From an uncultured bacterium (GTDB taxonomy: Bacteria > Verrucomicrobiota > Verrucomicrobiia > Limisphaerales > UBA8199), in assembly GCA_963749495.1 (NCBI GenBank), contig CAVVMW010000021.1:768001-832000 (forward strand): a stretch of 64,000 nt of DNA, given 5' to 3'. The translations under genes and the position numbers were made by a program. Below are positions 40,802-50,805 of this stretch, one piece after another. The number at the start of each line of letters is the position of its first letter. Position 1 is the stretch's first letter. A model generated the notes under the pieces. The model saw nothing but the letters and a program-made list of their open reading frames with translations. It searched no databases and had not been told where the DNA came from.

Positions 40802-41836
40802 ATGAAACGACTGGGCATCGCCGAGGCGCTACGGGAGGCCATCGCCGAAGAAATGGAGCGCGACCCGCGCGTCTTTTGCATCGGCGAAGACATCGGCGTG
40901 CCGGGCGGATGGGGCGGGGCGTTCACCGTCACGCTCGGCCTGGAGCAGAGGTTCCCCGGCCGCATGATCAATACGCCCATTGCCGAGTTGGGCTTTTTCG
41001 GCGTCGCCATCGGGGCCGCGCTGATGGGCATGCGGCCCATAGCCGATGTACAGTATGGGGATTTTCTGTTGCTGGCCAGCGACCAAATCATCAACAACGC
41101 GGCCAAGATGCGTTACATGTCCGGGGGCCGGCTCAAAGTGCCGCTGGTGATGCGCGCCCCCATCGGTGCGACCGGCCGGGGCTCCCAGCACGCCCAGAGC
41201 CTGGAACGTTTTTTCACCGGTGTGCCCGGCCTGAAGGTAGTGGCGCCCTCGAACGCCTACGACGCCAAGGGTCTGTTGAAGGCCGCCGTCCGCGACGACA
41301 ACCCGGTTCTGATCTTCGAGCACAAATTGCTCTACGGCTCGCGCGGCGCCCGCGCCGAATCCGGCGCCACCGATGCCACCAGCGACATTCCGGACCAGGA
41401 TTACACGGTGCCACTGGACCGGGCAGCGGTGCGCCGCGAGGGTTCGCACGTCACGATCCTGGCGTGGCTCCTAATGCTCCATCACTCGCTGGCGGCCGCC
41501 GAATCGCTGGCGGCCCAAGGCGTTTCCGCCGAAGTGCTGGACGTGCGCAGCCTCTCGCCCCTGGATTACGAGACCATCGGTGCCTCGGTGCGCAAGACCG
41601 GGCGTGTGGTGATTGTCGAGGAGGGTCCGAAAACCGGGGGCGTGGGCGCCGAATTGGCGGCGGGGATCATGGAACGGTTCGGGGAGGGCCTGCTCGCGCC
41701 CGTGATCCGGGTGGCATCGCCCGATATCCCCGTGCCGTTCAGTCCGGTGCTGGAAAAGGCCTACCGCCCCGGTGTCCCCCGCATCGTCGAGGCTGCCGCG
41801 CGGTTGGCGTCATATGGGACTAAGTTGCTATGCTGA
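40802..41836 (+). CDS. 2-oxoacid/acetoin dehydrogenase E1 beta subunit
   Basis: GEDIG, TPIAE, QHAQS and DDNPV..FEHK motifs; RBS agaaaggag upstream. Confidence 0.95.
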   Translation: MKRLGIAEALREAIAEEMERDPRVFCIGEDIGVPGGWGGAFTVTLGLEQRFPGRMINTPIAELGFFGVAIGAALMGMRPIADVQYGDFLLLASDQIINNAAKMRYMSGGRLKVPLVMRAPIGATGRGSQHAQSLERFFTGVPGLKVVAPSNAYDAKGLLKAAVRDDNPVLIFEHKLLYGSRGARAESGATDATSDIPDQDYTVPLDRAAVRREGSHVTILAWLLMLHHSLAAAESLAAQGVSAEVLDVRSLSPLDYETIGASVRKTGRVVIVEEGPKTGGVGAELAAGIMERFGEGLLAPVIRVASPDIPVPFSPVLEKAYRPGVPRIVEAAARLASYGTKLLC

Positions 41837-44800
41837 AGCTTCGTTATTGGTTGCCGGCGGCGGGTGCTCTACTGGTCTTGGGGCTCGTTCCGGTTGCGGC
41901 GCAGGTGCGGCTTACGGAATTCATGGCCAGCAATACGCACACGCTGGTGGATGAGGACGGAGATTCTTCCGATTGGATCGAGGTTCAAAACACCACCGCG
42001 ACCGATGTCAACCTGCTCAACTGGGCGCTGACCGATCGTGCCGGCAACCCGGCCAAATGGCTCTTCCCGGCTACGAACATGGCGCCCGGCAGTTTCCTGG
42101 TCGTCTTTGCGTCCGGCAAGGACCGCCGCGTGCCCGGGGCGCAGCTCCACACCAATTTCAAGCTCAATAGCGCCGGCGAGTATCTCGCGCTTTTCCGTCC
42201 GGATGGCACGGCTGCAACCGAGATCTCGCCCGCCTACCCGGCCCAGTTCCCCGATGTCTCCTATGGCTTGGCAATGCAGCTCGAGACCGCGGTGCTGGTC
42301 GCGAGCAACGCCCCGGTGCTTTACCGCGTTCCTGTCAGTGCCGCCGATGATGCCGACTGGACCCAGCCGGGCTTCACGAGCGTGGGCTGGCAGGCTGGAA
42401 CCAACGGAATGGGCTACGAAGCCGGCCTCCCTGACTCCGTTGAGGGAACCTTCGCGTCGAAAGTGCTGGCTACGGGGCCGGTGGCTTACTGGCGGCTGAA
42501 CGAAACCAACGGCACCGAAGCGGTTAATTCCGGCACGGCAGGTGTGGAAGACCAAGGGGGCTACATGGGAGCGATCCTCCTGGGCAAGAGCGGTCCGCGC
42601 CCGCCGCAGTTCGCCACCTTCGAAACGAACAACACGGCCCCTCTTTTTGACGGCACGAGCGCTTATGTGAATGGCCCGTTTGAACTCGTCAACGATCTGC
42701 CGGCATTCACCATTGCAGGATGGATAAACCCGACTGCCGCGCAAGGCAATCGCACGGGCCTCTTTGGGCAAAACGACACCATCGAGTTTGGCTTCATCGC
42801 GCCCGGGACGATCCAGGTCTGGACGGCCTATGGATCGGTCACTGTCGGCTATCCCTTCCCCAACAACCAATGGCATCATGTCATGGCAATAGGCGGGAAT
42901 GGGCGGCTTGCGCTGTACTTCGACGGAACTCTAGCGGGGGCCACGGCCACTTCACCCGCCAATTTTGGGGAATCGCAATTCGATTTCAATATCGGCGGTG
43001 GCGGAGTGTTTGACCCAACGGGCAATTACTTCCAAGGGCTGATCAATGAAGTGGCGGTCTGGTTCCGCGCGCTCTCCACGAACGAGATCGACACAATGCT
43101 CGGGACAAATGCCGCTCACGTGGATTACTCGCCGTACATCGCAACGGATGTCCGGACGCAGATGTTCGGCTCAAACTCGACCGCTTACGTGCGGATCCCC
43201 TTTATGGTTGCCGACCCGGGGGCTTTCGACTCGCTCAGACTGCTGGCGCGCTATGACGACGGTTTCGCGGCGTTCTTGAATGGGCATCCTATAGCGAGAT
43301 CGAACGCGCCGGCGGCGCTGAGCTGGGATGCCGCGGCCACCCAGAGCCATCCGGATTCCGAAGCGGTGCAGTGGGAAACATTCGACATCAGCGCCGCCCT
43401 GCCCTATCTCCAGCCTGGGAGCAACGTGCTGGCGGTCCAGGGCCTCAACGTCGCCGCAACCAACGGCGACTTCCTGCTGCAAGTCCAACTGCTGGCCGGA
43501 TCGCTCACGGCTTCCACCGACCTGTGGCGCTATTTCATTGTGCCGACGCCCGGCGGCCCCAACGGAACGGGCACCAACGACCTGGGTCCGATTCTGACCG
43601 CCGCAGGCCACGTCCCCGGCGTGCCGCAAGCTGGCGACTCGCTTGCCGTTACGGCACACGTGGCGCAGGCCTTCAGTCCGCTCTCCCAGGTCACGCTCCA
43701 TTACCGTGTCATGTTCAATCCCGAGGTCTCCGTGTCCATGAACGACTCGGGCACCAACGGCGATGCTTGGCCGGACGACGGCATCTGGACCGCGACGCTG
43801 CCCGGGGGCATCGCCTCGCCGGGGCAAATGATTCGTTACTACGTCACCGCCACGGACACCGCAGGGCATGTCTCCCGCTGGCCGCTTTACCCGGACCCGG
43901 CTGATTCGCAGCAGTATTTGGGCACGATGGTCGCCGGCCCGTCGGTGGCGTCACAGTTGCCCGTCGCCTGGCTTTTCATACAGAACCCGTCCGCCGCCGA
44001 CAACCAGACGGGCACCCGGGCCTCGCTCTTTTATCTCAACGAACTCTACGACAACCTCACCATCTACGTCCACGGCCAGTCTTCCGTCGGCTGGCCCAAG
44101 AAAAGCCACAACCTGGATTTCCCCGCGGACCACCGGTTTCTCTACAAGCCAAACGGCGTGCGCCAGAAGAAGATGATTTTCATGAGCAACTACAGCGACA
44201 AAGCCCGGATGCGGACGACGCTGACTTACGCGATTACAGCGCAGGGAGGCGGTGTGGCCTTCTTCTCGTTTCCGATTCGCATCCAGCTCAACGGCTCCTT
44301 CTGGGGAATCGAAGACATGGTCGAGCACGGGGACGACCTGTTCCTCGAACGCATTGGAAGGGACGGCAATGGCGCCCTTTACAAGATGTACAACGACATG
44401 AGCAGCGCCTCCGGCAATGAGAAGAAAACCCGCCACCAGGAGGGCACCGCAGACCTGAGCGCCTTCATTGCCGGCCTGAATGAATCGATCCCTCTGGCCA
44501 ATCGCATCCTTTACGCTTATGACAACCTCGACCTGCCGCAGACCGCCAGCTTTTTCGCCAATCTCGCGATCACCAGCAACCAGGATGTCGGCCACAAAAA
44601 CTACTATCTCTATCGTGACAGCGAGGGCACCGGCCAATGGTCTATTTTCCCCTGGGATGTGGACCTTTCCTGGGGACGCGACTGGGTGGATGGCTTTCCC
44701 GGATCCAATTACTTCAACGATGTGATGTTCCAAACCAACACGCTGAGTTTCTACCCCGGCGCGCCCATTCAGAGCAAACCGTCCAACCGGCTTTTCGATC

Positions 44801-46692
44801 TGTTCTTTGCCGGCGCCGATTTTCGCCAGATGTATTTGCGCCGGCTCCGCACGCTCATGGATACCATTCTCAGGCCGCCCGGCACACCGGCCGACGGCCT
44901 GGTGATCGAACCGCTCATCCGCCAGTACGAAAGCGCCTTGAATCCGGCGACCTTCCAGCCTTCGGACGCCGCACTCGACAACGCGGCTTGGGGGCCGTCC
45001 TGGGGCGATGTGAGTTTAAGCCGCTTTCCCAACGACGCCGAGCGGCTGATCGCAGTTCACCTGGCCGGCCGGCGGACTTTTCTCTTCACGAGTGGGAAGG
45101 CCACGCTCAACGGTTACCCCATCCCGCCATCGCAACCGGCCAACACGATCGTTTCCTTCGGCTCGTGGGACTTCCAACCGGTGAGCGGAAACCAAAACGA
45201 ACAGTACATCGAACTGCGCAACACTAATTCCTACGCTGCAGACGTGTCGAACTGGAGGCTAACCGGGGGCGTCACCTTTAGCCTGCGCCCCGGCACGGTG
45301 ATTCCGGCCGGGAAGTCGCTTTACCTCGCGGCCAATGTCAACGCGTTCCGGGCGCGCACGAACAGCCCGAGCGGCCGGCAGGGCCTCTTCGTCCAGGGCC
45401 CGTTCGCCGGCTTTCTCAGCGCACAAGGCAATACGCCCCTCATCCTGGAAGATGACCAAGGCGCAGCCATTAGCAGAAACCCGTTCGCCGGCAACCCATC
45501 TTCCGTTCAATTCGTGGCCGGGAATCTGGCTGTTCTGCGCCTCGGCGACGGGTCCGAAACCCTGTCCAGTCGCGGCAACTCTGTTTTCCTGGATCAATTC
45601 ACCACCAACGGCACGCTCGTCTTGAGCATCCCGATCCCGGACAATGCCGCAAACGCGCTGATCATCAGCGGCAGCGCGGACTCGGAAGGCGCTCTGACCC
45701 GGACGCCCGACGGAAGATTGCTGGTGTTGGCTGGTTACCAAATCCCGTTGACCAACGCTGCCGTGCTTGGTTCCTCGCTGGCTGACGCCGATGCGACAGT
45801 GGTTCCGCGCGCCGTCGGGGTCGTGGACATGAGCGGCGCATTTGCCCTTGCCGCCGTCACCACCAATCAATACAGCCGGAACAACATTCGCTCTGCCGCT
45901 TCCGACGGCGCGGGAAACTACTGGGGGGCGGGGGCGAACAGCGGCACCTGTTATTTGGGCGGCGGGGCTCCCGCGACCATCCAGGATGGCATCAAAAACA
46001 CTGCGGTCATACAGGACATTGGGGGAAACCTCTTTCTCAGCACGAGCAGCGCCGCCCCGGGTCTATGGCAGATCCACGGAACACCGACCCAGCCCACCGG
46101 CGCCGCTCTCATTCTGAGCGAGCAACCGGGCGCCGACCCGTTCGCCTTCGCGTTCAACCCCAGCTTCACCATCGCCTATGTCGCCGATGACACCCTGACC
46201 GGCGCGGGGGGCGTGCAGAGATGGGACTTCACGGGCGGCGCGTGGTCCTTCACCTACGCGTTCATGGGCCTGACCAACGCCGGCGCGCGCGGGCTAGCCG
46301 TGGATTTCACCGGCGCACTCCCCATTCTCTACGCAACCTCGGCCCAGGCGGCCAACAACCAGTTGGTTGCCTTGACCGACACCGGCCCGGCCTCAGCGGT
46401 GATTCCATTGGCGACCGCGGGTGTGAACCAGATCTTCCGCGGCCTGGCCTTCGCACCTTCCGGGTCCAGCGCGCCTCGCTTCTTAGCGGGCAGCCCGAGT
46501 GCGAGCGGATTCAAGCTCGTGTGGACCGCGCTGATCAACCGGGATTACACGCTGCAATACACGGACAACCTGGCCGGGACGAACTGGCTGACGCTCACCA
46601 ACGTTGCCGCCATGACCCCGGTTCTGACCACGACCGACCCAGGGGCCGCCGCCGCCGCCAGTCGCTTCTACCGGTTGATCCTCAATCCTTGA
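41830..46692 (+). CDS. Secreted lamin-tail/LamG/CotH-kinase multidomain protein with FYRL tail
   Basis: TEFMASN...DWIE lamin-tail domain; PVAYWRLNE LamG; KNYYLY...FPWDVDLSWG CotH; second lamin-tail EYIELRN; ends RFYRLILNP. Confidence 0.9.
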   Translation: MLKLRYWLPAAGALLVLGLVPVAAQVRLTEFMASNTHTLVDEDGDSSDWIEVQNTTATDVNLLNWALTDRAGNPAKWLFPATNMAPGSFLVVFASGKDRRVPGAQLHTNFKLNSAGEYLALFRPDGTAATEISPAYPAQFPDVSYGLAMQLETAVLVASNAPVLYRVPVSAADDADWTQPGFTSVGWQAGTNGMGYEAGLPDSVEGTFASKVLATGPVAYWRLNETNGTEAVNSGTAGVEDQGGYMGAILLGKSGPRPPQFATFETNNTAPLFDGTSAYVNGPFELVNDLPAFTIAGWINPTAAQGNRTGLFGQNDTIEFGFIAPGTIQVWTAYGSVTVGYPFPNNQWHHVMAIGGNGRLALYFDGTLAGATATSPANFGESQFDFNIGGGGVFDPTGNYFQGLINEVAVWFRALSTNEIDTMLGTNAAHVDYSPYIATDVRTQMFGSNSTAYVRIPFMVADPGAFDSLRLLARYDDGFAAFLNGHPIARSNAPAALSWDAAATQSHPDSEAVQWETFDISAALPYLQPGSNVLAVQGLNVAATNGDFLLQVQLLAGSLTASTDLWRYFIVPTPGGPNGTGTNDLGPILTAAGHVPGVPQAGDSLAVTAHVAQAFSPLSQVTLHYRVMFNPEVSVSMNDSGTNGDAWPDDGIWTATLPGGIASPGQMIRYYVTATDTAGHVSRWPLYPDPADSQQYLGTMVAGPSVASQLPVAWLFIQNPSAADNQTGTRASLFYLNELYDNLTIYVHGQSSVGWPKKSHNLDFPADHRFLYKPNGVRQKKMIFMSNYSDKARMRTTLTYAITAQGGGVAFFSFPIRIQLNGSFWGIEDMVEHGDDLFLERIGRDGNGALYKMYNDMSSASGNEKKTRHQEGTADLSAFIAGLNESIPLANRILYAYDNLDLPQTASFFANLAITSNQDVGHKNYYLYRDSEGTGQWSIFPWDVDLSWGRDWVDGFPGSNYFNDVMFQTNTLSFYPGAPIQSKPSNRLFDLFFAGADFRQMYLRRLRTLMDTILRPPGTPADGLVIEPLIRQYESALNPATFQPSDAALDNAAWGPSWGDVSLSRFPNDAERLIAVHLAGRRTFLFTSGKATLNGYPIPPSQPANTIVSFGSWDFQPVSGNQNEQYIELRNTNSYAADVSNWRLTGGVTFSLRPGTVIPAGKSLYLAANVNAFRARTNSPSGRQGLFVQGPFAGFLSAQGNTPLILEDDQGAAISRNPFAGNPSSVQFVAGNLAVLRLGDGSETLSSRGNSVFLDQFTTNGTLVLSIPIPDNAANALIISGSADSEGALTRTPDGRLLVLAGYQIPLTNAAVLGSSLADADATVVPRAVGVVDMSGAFALAAVTTNQYSRNNIRSAASDGAGNYWGAGANSGTCYLGGGAPATIQDGIKNTAVIQDIGGNLFLSTSSAAPGLWQIHGTPTQPTGAALILSEQPGADPFAFAFNPSFTIAYVADDTLTGAGGVQRWDFTGGAWSFTYAFMGLTNAGARGLAVDFTGALPILYATSAQAANNQLVALTDTGPASAVIPLATAGVNQIFRGLAFAPSGSSAPRFLAGSPSASGFKLVWTALINRDYTLQYTDNLAGTNWLTLTNVAAMTPVLTTTDPGAAAAASRFYRLILNP

Positions 46693-46757
46693 CAGGGGGT
46701 CCACATGGCCTCGCTCCTTAGGCCTCCTCAGACCTGTGACACAAGATCGGTCATTGA

Positions 46758-49700
46758 TCAACGGTGGCCCAGCCTTTCTACGCACTCCATCATCTCCTGC
46801 CGGAACGCGCCGATGGTCGCATCGTTGTTGCTGGAGTCGATCACTTCCCGCCCCAAGCCGCGTCCCGCTTCGGCGTAACCTTGATCCAGCAGGCCAGGCA
46901 GGCTGATTTCGATCAGGTGTTTGATCCGCGCGCGGGCGTCGGCTGTGATTTTAGCGCCTCCGTTTCCCTCGGCACTCTTTGCCAGGGAGGCGAGAATACG
47001 GCAGTCTTCCACTCCTTCCCGCACCGCTTCCCAGCGCCGGCTGGTGACGGGCTTCCGGTTCCCGGGATACACCAGCATGTACTCCAGGTCGATCCGTCCC
47101 CACGGATCGCCTCCCTGATTATAACACCAGAAGCCGATGCCGGTCGCGCCGTGCCGAAAGGCGAACAGCGCAGCGGTGCGGTATTGGCCCACCACATTGA
47201 TATTCTTGAGATTCGCCCCCACGGGACGGCTGTAGCCGTAACCGCAATCGTACGACCAGAGCATTTTGCCGCTGTGGCGCACCAGGTCCATGAGCGGGGT
47301 TTTCTCCGTGAGCATAGGAATCGGCGGACACCAGATGTCAATGCAGGGCGCCATCGCCTGGAACATCGTCAACTCGCCCCCGCCATCCACATAGAGCATG
47401 ACGCCGGGTTTGACCGCGTGAACCTGCTGGCCGAACTCGACCAACTCCTTGACGGCATTCCAGCCGTTGCCGCCGGGTTCATCGAAAGGATACAGCGCGA
47501 AGTGGTTCGTATCAAAGCCGAGCGCAGCGAGATGCGCAACGAGTTCGTCCAGGAAAACGTTCAAGTCGCTTTGGTAGCCCATGCTCCCCAGCTTGCCACG
47601 CAACCCGGGCATTCCTGTGAACAGCAGAACCACGTCCTGGCCGTGGAACCTGGCCAGCACGGGGTCCAAGGCGGTGCAGTCGCAGCCGGTCAGGCGCCCT
47701 TGCGCGTCGTACTTGGGCTGGGGCAGCGAAACGCAGAACACATTGTTGCCGTGGGCGAGCAAGTCGTCGACTTGCTTTTCCTCCGGCGCACCCCAGGTGC
47801 AGAGCCGGAAGTCGCCGGGCGGAGCCATGGCAAAGGGCAGGATGCGGAGTTCGATTTGAACCGTGGTTTCCGGTGGAGGCACGGTGTGTGGATTGGCGGG
47901 CGCATCGAGCACGCCCGCACCGTTGAGGGCTTGCAGGCGCACGCGGACCCATTGGTTGCCGGCTTTGGCCTGGGCGAGGTCAATATCCAGCCACAACTCG
48001 CGGCTGGTGAGCGATGGAATGGCCAGAGTTGCCGACTCATCGAGCTCAGGGAGGGGATCCCACGAAACCTCACCCAGCGAAGTGGGCACGCCCACCGAGC
48101 GGTGGGGCGTTGCCAGGATACCGTTCGTAGCCCCCTCGATCTGGATACGCACCAACAGCTCATGATCGGTCACGTTGAACAGGTTCAACGCGACGGGCTC
48201 ATGTTCACCCGGAACCGCCACGTGCCGGACCGAGAGCGGGTTGAGGGCCCTGGCAGGCAGTTGTTCGTCCACCTTGCGGTTCTCCCACAGAGTTCCTTCG
48301 AAAGCCAGCAGGCTGGTGTGCCGGGTCCCAGCGCGAGGGCCTGCCGTGTCAGTTCGGCGATCCGGAGTGCCCGTCGGGACTCGGTGGTGAGAGCCGCCGT
48401 ACGTTCCAGTGTGGTTTGGACCACACTCGGAATGCTGCCCGGCACCGCGTGCTGCCTTATCTCGAGATCCCTCGCGCTGCCCTCCAGCGATTGGGCTTCG
48501 CGCCGAAGCGCGGCGGCGGAGAGCGGCAACTGGGGTTCCGCGGCGTCAGCGGCGCCGCGCAGGGCCGCCGGCGCGCGCGCGGCCAGGGCGCGGTCATTGG
48601 CGAAGGGCTGAAGAAAGACCGAGCGCTCGCCTGAAGCCAGGAGGCGGGCGTGGGCATCCTCGAGCGTCCAACGGAAGCGATAAGTTCCAGGCACGACGAC
48701 CCCGACCGGCATCCGCAATTCGCCGTGCGTGCCCAAGACGCAGGTGGTGGCGACCTGTCGCGCCCCGTCGGCCCGGAGGCAAACGGCGGTGGCGGTGAGC
48801 GGTGATTCCTGGGGCTTGGGGTTGTGGACGGCGAACCGGATTGCCTCACCGGTGAACACCTCATCGCCGGACAGATTCTCCGGCGCCATGCTGACGGTGC
48901 CCGTCTGGCGCAGGCCAAACCAGGAGCCGCTATTGCGCGCGTTGCCGCGATAGGCGCGCCAATGCGCGATGGCATTGGTCGCTGCCGAAGTGCCAAAGCA
49001 GTACACGAGACTGGACTCGCCGCCGGTCAATGCCATTTCCAGCCCGGGCGACTCCGGCGAGATGTCGCCAAAGGCCGGGGTCATATTAATGGTCCGGTGA
49101 TCAAACTGGCGCCGGTAAATGATCTCGCCCTGGTTGTTCAGCACGAGCAGCAGACCGTTCTGCGTGCAGAGGACGTAATCCAGCTTGCCATCACCGTCCA
49201 GGTCAACCATGGCTCCCGGCGCGAGGCTGCGCCCCTGCACATCGATTTCCCAAATCACCCGGCCGTCCTCGTCGAAGCGATAAATGACTCCGGTCTGCGT
49301 GACCAGGCAGATGTCCGCCCGGCCATCGAGGTCAAGGTCGCCGACCGAAAGGCTGGAAGCGGCCGCGCCGCGTGTGGGACGACGCCAGAGGATGGCCCCT
49401 TGGCTGTCGAGGCAGAAGAGTTCACCGGCGCTGGAGGCCGCGGCCACTCGAGCGCGTCCGTCGGACCCGGCAAAGAGGATCGGGGCTGAGGTGGCCCAAG
49501 TCGGTGAGGAGCCGCCGATGTCCCGCTGCCAGAGCACCTGCCCATCGCCCTTGAAAGCGGTCACCACGCCCTCGCCCGTGGCGACGACGATCTCCGGCTT
49601 GCCGTCGCCATCGAGGTCGCCGACGGCCGGGCTGACCGGCCTGCCTTTGACTCTGCTCTGCCAAAGGACTTCGCCTGTGAGGGCCGCGAAGGCCCACACC

Positions 49701-50302
49701 GTGCCGGGTTCATCGGTCTGAATCACCGCGGTTTGGCCGTTGCCCTCCAGATCGCACAGGACGGAGGCGGACCAACTTGAAGGCCCGTTCAACTGGGCGT
49801 GCCAGACCTCCTCGCCTGTGCCGTCAAGGCAAGTTAACAGTCCGCCATTATCCGCCGCGTAAATCAAAGCGGGCTGCCCGGGACGGGTGAGGACCGCCGG
49901 ATAGGTCATGAAGCGCGCTTTGGTTCGCCAGCGCCAGAGGGCCTTTCCGTGAGCGTCCAAGGCGAAGAGTTCTTCGCGGCCAGCGATGACGATCTCCTCG
50001 CGCCCGTCGCCGCGGAGGTCGGCGACGGTCGGTGAACTCTCGAGTAACGACTGCAAGTCCTTTTGCCAAAGCACAGGGAAGTTAAGATTGGCGGCTGCCG
50101 ATTCGGTCAGTGACCCGCAAAGGAAAGTGAAACAAAAGGCCAGGTCACAGGCTCTTGAGATTATCCTCCGGGGCAGCACCGGAAACGCTGGGGTAGGCTC
50201 CAATTGCGTCCCCGGCACGGTGTGGCATTCGTGCGGCATGATGGTTTTCATCAGATTTGGACTGACGTCGGGCAACATTGCAAACTTCGACTTGCCCAGC
50301 AT
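46758..50302 (-). CDS. FG-GAP/PQQ beta-propeller protein with C-terminal DUF4091/GH123-like domain; frameshift near 48320
   Basis: Repeated DLDGDG motifs in ORF 48185-50302; DEP and VTSRRWEAVREGVED in ORF 46758-48272; the two ORFs overlap. Start uncertain. Confidence 0.78.
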
Positions 50303-50446
50303 CTCCAGCCCGGACCCGTGATGTCAACCAAGGAAGCCGGTGAGGTGTTCGGCTTAGGGATTCTGACCTCGAGGCAAAGTCTCCCATTGGGCTGGCCCAG
50401 GCCAACCCGGGCCGGTAAGGCCTCAGGGAAGGCGCGAGCGGCACGG

Positions 50447-50608
50447 CGGGCAGACCCCTCACCCCAACCCTCTCCCCATCGGATGGGGAGAGGGCGGATG
50501 CTCCGCAGCGCCTCGAGGAACCAGAGACGCCTGGAAGTTCAAGAGACTGCCGACGCCTCTCCCTCTCCCCTTTGGAAGGGGAGAGGGCCGGGGTGAGGGG
50601 TCTGCCCG
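50447..50608. repeat. ccctcaccccaaccctctccc-type REP palindrome
   Basis: cgggcagacccctcacccc / ggggtgaggggtctgcccg with two internal hairpins. Confidence 0.85.
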
Positions 50609-50805
50609 GCACTCCGTCTCCGCCTTCATTGACCCGTTACCCGGGCTGGCATTACGGGCTTGGCCGCGGCTGCGGTGGCAAGCTATTCTGGCGCCTGATG
50701 AAAACGAATATCATTGTGACGAATGTGCTTCCGGACAAGGTGCCGGATTTGCGTGCGAAAAACCCATGGTATCGCGGGCAGCGGCCGGATTTGTATCGGT
50801 AGCCT

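Noticed and set aside
46764..48611. 615-aa plus-strand ORF and similar long antisense ORFs (e.g. 37825-39558, 21110-22441)
   Set aside because: Antisense shadows of GC3-biased genes, with no motifs.
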